Both the position numbers and the translations under genes were made by a program. Below, piece after piece: positions 50,090 to 57,889 of a stretch of 64,000 bases of DNA (positions are counted from its first letter, which is position 1; the number at the start of each line of letters is the position of its first letter). The notes beneath the pieces were generated by a model. The model did not search any database. It saw only the letters and a list, made by a program, of their open reading frames with translations, and had not been told where the DNA came from. Source of the DNA: a bacterium (GTDB taxonomy: Bacteria > UBA8248 > JACPRG01 > G963555815). The stretch is from assembly GCA_965261595.1 (NCBI GenBank), contig CBDHDG010000006.1:64001-128000 (forward strand). The letters run 5' to 3'.

Positions 50090-50953
50090 TCATCCCGCGA
50101 ACGAAATCAGGACGACCCCCGCGACGATCAAGCCGGCGCCGGAGAGCCGGTGTCCCGTCCGCTCCTCTTTCAACATCCAGGCCCCGGCCAATGTCCCGAA
50201 GAGCAGCCTCACCTCGCGGGCGGCCGCCACGTAGGCCACGGGGGCCAGCGTATAGGCGAACAGGATCATTCCATAAGCGGCCGGCATGAGGAGGCCCAGC
50301 AGGAACAGCCGGCCGGATTGGCGCCGCCACACCGTCCGGATGGGGGCGATTCCGTTCTTGAGCGCCAGGGGCGTGAAGAAGATCAGCGTGAAGAAGAAGA
50401 CGAGATACATGTAAACCACGGGGTCGAGGATTCCCACCCCCACCTTGTCCACGAGGGAAAACCCGGTGATCGTCAACCCCGTGATCAGGGCCCACCAGGC
50501 CCCCGGCGTCCGGGAGGGAAGAAGGCTCTGTTTCCAGGCGCCGGGCCGCATGTGAAGGACGAAGATCCCCACGAGCACCGTCACGAGACCGGCGACGCCC
50601 GGCGCCGAAAGCCGCTCTCCCAGGAGGGGGACGGACAGGACGCCCACGAGGAAGACGCTGCTCCCCCGGGACAGGGGGTAGACGAGGGAGAGGTCCCCCC
50701 CCTCGTAGGCCCGGCCCAGGGTCCAGAAGTAGCCGGCGTGAATCAGCCCGGAGAGCCCGGCCATCATCCATCCCCGCCCGGGCAGGTCGAGGGAGTATCC
50801 CAGGAGAAAAAACACGGGGAGATACGTGACGAAGAAGACGCCGTTGATGATCCACAAAAAGGCGATCTTGTCCTCGCTGGATTTCGCCAAATAGTTCCAC
50901 ACGACATGGAACGCGCCGGCGGCGATGACCAGGACCAGGGCGAGGGGGGTCAC
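50090..50953 (-). CDS. EamA/DMT family transporter (tandem paralog)
   Basis: AYEGGDLSLVYPLSRG, LLGERLS, YVAAAREV. Confidence 0.88.
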   Translation of the reverse strand: MTPLALVLVIAAGAFHVVWNYLAKSSEDKIAFLWIINGVFFVTYLPVFFLLGYSLDLPGRGWMMAGLSGLIHAGYFWTLGRAYEGGDLSLVYPLSRGSSVFLVGVLSVPLLGERLSAPGVAGLVTVLVGIFVLHMRPGAWKQSLLPSRTPGAWWALITGLTITGFSLVDKVGVGILDPVVYMYLVFFFTLIFFTPLALKNGIAPIRTVWRRQSGRLFLLGLLMPAAYGMILFAYTLAPVAYVAAAREVRLLFGTLAGAWMLKEERTGHRLSGAGLIVAGVVLISFAG

Positions 50954-51225
50954 GGGGTTTCCTCGGGGTTGCGCAACAGGACGGGGGGAGACGGGGGGAG
51001 ACGGGGCGGCCGCGGCCGGGCGAACGGCGAGATGATACACCCCCGCGGCGGGATTGCATACCGGAACCGGGATTGCGGGCCGGACCGCCTTCTCCTAATA
51101 TCGAATGGAAATCGGCAGCGTGGACGGTTCGGGATGACGCGCAGGCCGGCCGGAATTGGACAGACGGCGTCGGGGATTCCCTGGAAGATCGATCAACCGA
51201 CGATTGGACTTGAGGACTGAGATTC

Positions 51226-51930
51226 ATGCCGAATGAAAAGGTCGCCGTCGTCACGGGCGCGAACCGGGGAATCGGTTTCGAGATCTGCCGGCAGCTCGCC
51301 GCCAAAGGCGTAACCGTCGCCTTGACCGCCCGGAGCGCCAAGTCGGGACAGGCCGCCCGCGACCGCCTGCGCGGAGAGGGCCTCGACGTCCGGTTCCTCC
51401 GGCTGGACGTCACCGACGAGGGGAGCGTCCGCAATCTCGCCGGGGACGTCGAAAAGGAATTCGGTGGCGTGGACATCCTGATCAACAACGCGGGCCTCAA
51501 CCTCGATCGGGACCGGAGCGGCTTGAACGCCGACGTGGAAACCATCCGGAAAACGATGGAAACCAACGTCTACGGTCCGCTACGGATGTGTCAGGCGCTG
51601 ATTCCCCTGATGAAGAAGCGTGGCGCGGGCCGGATCATCAACGTCTCGAGCCAGATGGGGGCGACGAGCCACATCGGCGGGGGGTATCCGGGCTACCGGA
51701 TCTCCAAGGCCGCGCTGAACGCCCTGACCCTCATCCTCGCGGACGAGCTCCGCGAGACGAAGATCCTCGTGAACGCCATGACCCCCGGGTGGGTCAAGAC
51801 CGACATGGGCGGCCGCTCCGCGCCCCGCTCCGTCGAGGAAGGGGCGGACACCGCCGTCTGGCTGGCCCGCGGGCCTGACACCGGCCTCACCGGCAAGCTC
51901 TTCATGGACCGCAAGGTCATCTCGTGGTGA
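51226..51930 (+). CDS. SDR oxidoreductase (carbonyl reductase-like)
   Basis: TGANRGIG, INNAG, YRISK, PGWVKTDMGG. Confidence 0.92.
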   Translation: MPNEKVAVVTGANRGIGFEICRQLAAKGVTVALTARSAKSGQAARDRLRGEGLDVRFLRLDVTDEGSVRNLAGDVEKEFGGVDILINNAGLNLDRDRSGLNADVETIRKTMETNVYGPLRMCQALIPLMKKRGAGRIINVSSQMGATSHIGGGYPGYRISKAALNALTLILADELRETKILVNAMTPGWVKTDMGGRSAPRSVEEGADTAVWLARGPDTGLTGKLFMDRKVISW

Positions 51931-51976
51931 TGGAAGACCGGAATCCAGCGGGGAGCCGCTGAGCGCGGGAGGCGTC

Positions 51977-53089
51977 ATGTTCAAATTCTGGCCCGAGAAC
52001 AACGACTGGTCCTGGCATCTGCTGAGGACGATCGCCGAAGCCAATTACGGCGGGGGGGAGGCCCAGGAATGCCTGCGGACGGCGGCGCGGATCCGGGTGG
52101 GCGACCCTGAAAGCTGGCACGTCGAGTGGAAGGCCCTGGCGGACCGGGTGGCGGGCCTGGGGGAGGAAGCCCTGGCCAAAGGCCGGACGGTCACCGGCCG
52201 GGACCACCTCCTGCGGGCGTGCAACTATTACCGCTGGGCGGAGTTCTTCCTCCCGGCGGACGACCCGAGGCGGCTCCCCACGTACCGGCGGTGCATCGAC
52301 GCCTTCCGGCAGGCCGGCCCGCATCTCGACCCCCCCGCCGAGCGGGTCGAGATCCCATATGAGGGCACGACCCTCCAGGGATACTTCTACGCCGCCAATG
52401 GCGCGTCCGGGGAAAATCCGTCGCCGGGGGCGATCTACGTGGCCGGGGCGGACGTCTTGAAGGAGGAGCTCTACTTCCTGGCGGGCAAATCGCTCATCGA
52501 GCGGGGGTTCTCCCTCCTCGTCATGGACGGACCGGGGCAGGGGGAGACCCTCCGGTTCCAGAAGATCGTCAGCCGGCCCGATTACGAGGTCCCCGTGGGC
52601 GCGGCGCTGGACTTCCTGGCCGCCCGGCCCGAAGTGGACGCGGACCGCCTGGGCCTCGTCGGCCGGAGCTTCGGCGGATATTACGCCACGCGCGCGGCGG
52701 CCTTTGAGAAGCGCGTCAAGGGGCTGGTGGTCTTCGGGGCGCTGTTCGCGGCGGTGGAGCTTTTTGACGACTACCCAACCATCCGCCCCCAGCTCCAGTG
52801 GCTGACGGGGAGCGCGTCGGCCGAGGAGACCCGGGAGCGGCTGAAAGAGTTCTCTCTCGCGCCGGTCATCGGCAAGGTGGGCTGTCCCGTTCTGGTCATC
52901 CACGGCGAGGGGGACCACCTGACCCCCGCCTCCCACGCCCGCCGGACGTTCGACGGCCTGACCGTCGAGGACAAGGAATTAATCCTGTACGGCAAGGACG
53001 AGCCGGGGTCCGTCCACTGCCAGTACAACAGCTTTCCGACGACGATTCCGTACTTCTGCGACTGGCTGCTGGAGCGAGTGAACGCATAG
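51977..53089 (+). CDS. Alpha/beta hydrolase (2,6-dihydroxy-pseudooxynicotine hydrolase-like family)
   Basis: VEIPYEG, DGPGQGE, nucleophile GRSFGG, HGEGD, HCQ. Confidence 0.82.
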   Translation: MFKFWPENNDWSWHLLRTIAEANYGGGEAQECLRTAARIRVGDPESWHVEWKALADRVAGLGEEALAKGRTVTGRDHLLRACNYYRWAEFFLPADDPRRLPTYRRCIDAFRQAGPHLDPPAERVEIPYEGTTLQGYFYAANGASGENPSPGAIYVAGADVLKEELYFLAGKSLIERGFSLLVMDGPGQGETLRFQKIVSRPDYEVPVGAALDFLAARPEVDADRLGLVGRSFGGYYATRAAAFEKRVKGLVVFGALFAAVELFDDYPTIRPQLQWLTGSASAEETRERLKEFSLAPVIGKVGCPVLVIHGEGDHLTPASHARRTFDGLTVEDKELILYGKDEPGSVHCQYNSFPTTIPYFCDWLLERVNA

Positions 53090-53099
53090 GGCCGCTCAC

Positions 53100-53148
53100 A
53101 AAAAAAGAAGGGGGCGGCGTTGCGCCGTCCCCTCTTCTTTCTCTTTTT
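53100..53148. terminator. Bidirectional intrinsic terminator
   Basis: A-run, GAAGGGGGCGGCG-ttg-CGCCGTCCCCTCTTC, T-rich tail; a T-run follows the stem on both strands. Confidence 0.75.
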
Positions 53149-53420
53149 GCGCCCCGTTTTTTTGCGCGGGGCCATCCGGGCTTAGGTCCGGATATGTGTG
53201 CCGCCCGGGTCCTTCCCCGCCAACTCAGCGGCGGCCCTTTGAGGGCGGGGTCCGAACGGAAGTCTCAACGGCGTGAATCCTATTCGGCCCTCACCTCCTT
53301 CCAATTCCGCGCATCACCTGAAACCGGACTTCCTCCGATTCCCCCCGGGGATCTCCCGGGACGTCCTACGCGTCCCCCAGGGCCTTCCCTGGCGCCTCAC
53401 TCTTGGTTTCTTTCCCTTTG
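53100..53420 (-). ncRNA. Candidate structured small RNA (unassigned)
   Basis: No credible ORF; series of short hairpins; about 17 GGA by hand count; minus-strand terminator at ~53100. Confidence 0.35.
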
Positions 53421-53583
53421 CACTGATCCAATATGAAATGAATCCCCGCCGAGAACGATGATCCGGATCATGAAAGCGCGGATCTTGTCGTGTCTTGGGT
53501 GGCGAAACTGAGACGCAAGCCTATGTTTTAAGATATGGCCGCGATCACCGGGGAAGGGGAGTAGGGGGAAGGAGGGGGGGGGG

Positions 53584-54861
53584 ATGGAAGCGCGCCAAAT
53601 CCTTCACGTCGATCTCGACTCCTTTTACGCCTCGGTCGAGCGCCGGGAAAACCCGGACCTCGCCGGGAAGCCCGTCATCGTCGGCGCGGACCCCAAGGGC
53701 GGAAAAGGCAGAGGCGTCATCGCCGCCTGCTCCTACGAGGCCCGCGCATTCGGCCTGCACTCGGCCATGCCCATCGGCCGGGCCTTCCGGCTGTGTCCCC
53801 ACGGGGTCTACCTCCCCGTCCGGATGGGTTACTACGCCGAGGTCTCGCGGGAGATCCGGAAGGTCTTCGCCGAGTACACCGAGCTCGTCGAGCCCATCAG
53901 CATCGACGAGGCCTTCCTGGACGTGACGGCCAGCCGGAGCCTGTTCGGCGACGCCCGGAAAATCGCCGTGACGATCAAAGACCGCGTCCGGGAAGGCCAG
54001 TCCCTCACCGCCTCGGTGGGGATCGCGACGAACAAGTTCATCGCCAAAATCGCCTCGGACCTGGACAAGCCCGACGGACTGGTCGAGGTCTCGCCGGGCG
54101 AGGAGCTGGACTTCCTCGCCCCCCTGCCCATCTCCAAGCTCTGGGGCGTCGGCCGGAAAACGGAGCCCAAGCTCCGCGCCCTGGGCGTCCAGACCATCGG
54201 CGAGCTGCGAAACCTTCCCCTCGATACGCTGAAGGCGGGGTTCGGCGCCGTCGGCGAGCACCTCCACGACCTGGCCCACGGCCGCGACGCCCGGGAGGTC
54301 ATCCCCGAGTCCGCGCCGAAGTCGGTCGGGAACGAGACCACGTATTCCGAGGACGTCTCGGACCCAGAGGTCCTGCGCAAGACCCTCCTCGCCCTGTCGG
54401 AGGAGGTGGCCTCCCGCCTGCGGGCCGACAGCTTCCGCGGACGGACGGTCACGCTCAAGTTCCGGTACGAGGACTTCTCGACGCACACCCGCTCGCACAC
54501 GCTGGCCGAGGCGACCGACCTGGACGCGGAGGTCTACGAGACGGCGGCGGCGCTGCTCGATGATTTCCTGCCGCTCAAGGGCCGGGAGGTGCGGCTGTTG
54601 GGCGTCTCGGTGTCGAACCTGGGGAGCGTCTCCGCCGCTTCCGCCCAGCTCTCGCTCTTCAGCCGGGCTTCGGGCGCGAAGACCCCAAGCCCCTCGCCCG
54701 AGGCGAGACGGCGGGCCGCCGAGGCCGTGGACCAACTGCGCGGAAAATTCGGCATGAAGGCCGTCACGCTCGGGACGCTCGCGGAGGGGGGGAGGAAACC
54801 CAGCGAAGATGAGGGCGCGGACGGCCCGGATGAGACCCCTGAGCGGGACGAGCGTGGCTGA
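53584..54861 (+). CDS. dinB: DNA polymerase IV
   Basis: HVDLDSFYASVE, SYEAR, SIDEAFLD, AKIASDLDKPDG, WGVG, KSVGNETT. Confidence 0.95.
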   Translation: MEARQILHVDLDSFYASVERRENPDLAGKPVIVGADPKGGKGRGVIAACSYEARAFGLHSAMPIGRAFRLCPHGVYLPVRMGYYAEVSREIRKVFAEYTELVEPISIDEAFLDVTASRSLFGDARKIAVTIKDRVREGQSLTASVGIATNKFIAKIASDLDKPDGLVEVSPGEELDFLAPLPISKLWGVGRKTEPKLRALGVQTIGELRNLPLDTLKAGFGAVGEHLHDLAHGRDAREVIPESAPKSVGNETTYSEDVSDPEVLRKTLLALSEEVASRLRADSFRGRTVTLKFRYEDFSTHTRSHTLAEATDLDAEVYETAAALLDDFLPLKGREVRLLGVSVSNLGSVSAASAQLSLFSRASGAKTPSPSPEARRRAAEAVDQLRGKFGMKAVTLGTLAEGGRKPSEDEGADGPDETPERDERG

Positions 54862-54877
54862 GCGGGAGAATCGCGTT

Positions 54878-55423
54878 TCAGCGGCCCCGGTTCGGGCGCT
54901 TCGCGGATTTCCGGGAGTCCGTATTCTTTCCGCCCAACGCCCGCTCGCTGGCCGATTCTCCCCGGACAACGGCCTTCTTCCCGGCTGCGGTCTCGGCCTT
55001 CCACCGGGTCCGGTGGCGGAGGTGTTTCTCCTCGTCCCAGACGTGCCCCGTCCCCCCGCCGATGAAGACGGCGAAGACCTCGCAGCCGTCCGGGTATTCG
55101 TACGGCCCGTGGGGCCGGTCCCAGCCGAAAACGTAGTCCCCCGGGCGCAGGTCCTTTCCGGCCACGCACATCCGCCCCTTTGTGACGAGGATCGAGTGCC
55201 AGCTTTTGTGGACGTGCTCCGGCTCGACGTAACCCTTGGGGAACCTGACCTTCATGTCGGTCCGCCGGGTGACGGGGTCGTGCGTGAAGACCTTCACCTT
55301 CATCCCCGGGGGCAGCGTCAGGAGGGCGTTCGCCGCCCCATCCTCCCACTTCACGTCCCGGTCATGAATGGCGTGAAAGGCATGATCGGCCTTCTTCGGT
55401 TTTGCTGGTTTCTTGGGCGGCAT
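54878..55423 (-). CDS. Cupin-domain protein (ChrR-like)
   Basis: FPKGYVEPEHVH...LRPGDYV...PHGP beta-barrel motifs. Confidence 0.65.
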   Translation of the reverse strand: MPPKKPAKPKKADHAFHAIHDRDVKWEDGAANALLTLPPGMKVKVFTHDPVTRRTDMKVRFPKGYVEPEHVHKSWHSILVTKGRMCVAGKDLRPGDYVFGWDRPHGPYEYPDGCEVFAVFIGGGTGHVWDEEKHLRHRTRWKAETAAGKKAVVRGESASERALGGKNTDSRKSAKRPNRGR

Positions 55424-55467
55424 GGCCGTCTCCTCATGGGCTCAGACGGATGGCGGTCCGGCCGCGG

Positions 55468-56247
55468 TCAATCCCATTTCCGGCCCGGCATGTGGTCGAA
55501 GATGCTCTTCGTCAGCCCGCCGTCGATGTCGAGCCGGGTCGCGGTGATGTAATCGGCCTCGTCCGAGAGCAGGAAGAGGATGCCGTGGGCGATGTCCTCC
55601 GGCTGGCCGACCCGCCCCCAGGGAGTGACGGCCTCGCGGCCCTTGCGGATCTCCGGGTCCTGAAGATAGGACGTCAACGGGGTTTCCGTGTGGCCGGGGC
55701 AGATGACGTTGACACGGATTTTCTTCCGCGCCCACTCCAGGGCGAAGTGCTGGGAGAGCATGATGATCCCCGCCTTCACCGTGCTGTAGGCCCCGGACAT
55801 GCCGTATGGCATGATCCCGGCGTTGGAGGAGAGGTTCACCATCGCGCCCGGACGCCCCTGGGCGATCATCCACCGGCCCGCCGCCTGGCACATGAGGAAC
55901 ATCCCCGTCAGGCCGATGTCCACGACGAGCTTCCAGCTCTCCAGCGAGAGGTCCGCCAGGGGGGCCGGGTCCATTTTGATGGCGCAGTTGACGAGACAGT
56001 CGAGCCCGCCGAACTCCGACGCCGCCCGGTCCACCGCCACCCGGCACGCCTCGGGACTCCTCACGTCCAGGTCCTGAAAGACGGCCTTCCCGGCCCCGAT
56101 CTTCAGGGCGAGCTCTTCCCCAAGGTCCCGATTGACGTCCCCGATGACGACGCGGCCGCCCTCCTCCGCAAACCGCTCGGCGGTCTTCGCGCCGATTCCG
56201 CGCGCGCCTCCGGCGATGAGGCACACCTTCCTTTCAAACCGGCTCAT
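55468..56247 (-). CDS. SDR oxidoreductase
   Basis: GGARGIG, YSTVK, IRVNVICPG, DIDGG. Confidence 0.9.
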   Translation of the reverse strand: MSRFERKVCLIAGGARGIGAKTAERFAEEGGRVVIGDVNRDLGEELALKIGAGKAVFQDLDVRSPEACRVAVDRAASEFGGLDCLVNCAIKMDPAPLADLSLESWKLVVDIGLTGMFLMCQAAGRWMIAQGRPGAMVNLSSNAGIMPYGMSGAYSTVKAGIIMLSQHFALEWARKKIRVNVICPGHTETPLTSYLQDPEIRKGREAVTPWGRVGQPEDIAHGILFLLSDEADYITATRLDIDGGLTKSIFDHMPGRKWD

Positions 56248-56599
56248 GCCCTTTTCCCCCTTTCGCACCGCCCGATGGATCATCAATCGATTTCCCGCCC
56301 CAATTCCGGCCGGGGGTGTGGATCATCTTGCTCTCCACCTGTCCGCCGTCCACAGGCAGGTTCGCGGCGGTGACGTAGCCGGCCCGGTCGGAGAGGAGAA
56401 AGACGCAGGCCTCGGCGATCTCCCCGGGCGTCCCCACCCGGCCCATCGGGACTACCGCCGCGCGGCCCGCCGCGATCTCGGGATCGGCGAACATGGCTTC
56501 GGTCATGGGCGTGCGGACCTGGCCCGGCGAGACGGTGTTGGCGCGCCCGATGCCGCCGCCCCCTCCGGTAACGATGATCTTTTTCCCCTCGAGCATCAT
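56234..56599 (-). pseudogene. SDR with large internal deletion
   Basis: TGGGGGIG is joined directly to RANTVSPG...LPVDGG; the NAG and YxxxK regions are absent. Confidence 0.8.
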
Positions 56600-57024
56600 G
56601 ATATCGGTCCTTCCCTGAAACCATCCGCCCCGTCCATCAGGACACCAACCTGAATCTCTCACCAGCAGGGGATTCGGGCCTTCCTCTCATCATACCCATT
56701 CCCATGGCTGAACCACTCGACAAAAGCGGCAAGGATCCGGATTGGACAAGTAAACTCAAGTCTTTGTAAGTTTTTCTTTCTTAATATTTAATGAATTGGA
56801 GGGCCAACCCGCCTAAGTTGTTCAAATGCGCCTGAAATCAAGCGGTTCAGAAAGGAGCGGGTGAGTGCGGTTCGCAAGGGTGACGCGTCGCCGGGTTTTG
56901 TTTTCCATGGCCGGTATGGCTCCGGGGGTGTGGTCTTTGCGGCAGCGCGGCATGTCGGGTTTCCCTCGGCGCCGCACCCCGCTTCAGGCCCCTTGGAATC
57001 GGACTTCTCCCTCCTCCGGCTGGT

Positions 57025-57733
57025 CCAACCTGAATGACGTCATCGCCGATATCGTCGAAATGACCCACCCCCGATGGAAGGACGAGGCCGAGAAGAACGG
57101 CGTCCGGGAGGAAACGATCGTCCGGCCGCGGGCGGAGCGGGAGCGGGCCTTCGAGCCCTTCTTCACCACCAAGGGCGGGGAGGCGGGCTGGGGCTCAGCA
57201 TGGTCTACGCAATCGTGAAACGCTATGGGGGCGAGATTCTCCCCGACAGCACACCGGGCACCGGAACTTCCGTGCGACTCAGCTTCCGCGCCGCGGAGCG
57301 GCCGTCCGAAGATGAAGGCGTCCCGGAAGCGGAGACTTCGGTCTCCCGCCAAATTCTCCTCATTGATGACGAGACCGAGTTCGTCGACATCTTCAGCAGG
57401 ATCCTTCAGATTGAAGGGCACCACGTGGAATACGCCACCAACCCCCGTGAAGGACTGGCCAAGGTGGAGGCGGTAAGGTTCGACCTGGTGTCCACGGACC
57501 TGGGCATGCCGGAAATGACGGGCTGGGAGGTCGCCCAAAACGTGAAGAAGATCAATCCGCGCATCCAGGTGGTCCTGGTGACCGGATGGGGAGCGGATCT
57601 CGACGAGGACGAAACCACCCGGCGCGGCGTGGACTGGGTCTTGCGAAAGCCGGTCAGAAAAGACGATTTCCTGCGGGTCGTGGCGGAATGCGGAAAACGG
57701 CCCAATGGCGAGGGGAGCGGTCCAGGCCCCTGA
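57025..57733 (+). pseudogene. Hybrid histidine kinase remnant (broken HATPase, intact receiver domain)
   Basis: NLNDVI...FEPFFTTK, frameshift, GLGLSMVYAIV...PGTGT, then ILLIDDE, TDLGMPEMTG, LRKPV. Confidence 0.75.
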
Positions 57734-57889
57734 CGATCGGACGAACTCAGCGTGTTTCAACCCCTTGCCCACGAAAAGAGGGGCTGGGCGCAGGGTCGGT
57801 CCACCCCCCCACCGGCCCCCTGTGGGTGGTCAGCGGATGATCTGCGCGGCTGAGAACGCGGCCACGCGGAAATCTTTGTGAATCGGGGT

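Noticed and set aside
53315..53340. RNase P RNA (GAGGAAGTCCGG resembles GAGGAAAGTCC)
   Set aside because: One A short, and no matching 3' P4 strand (AGAACCCGGCTTA-like) was found.
53186..53380. 6S RNA (3' GGCGGCAC-like motif)
   Set aside because: No convincing long end-to-end rod could be paired by eye; left as an unassigned sRNA candidate.
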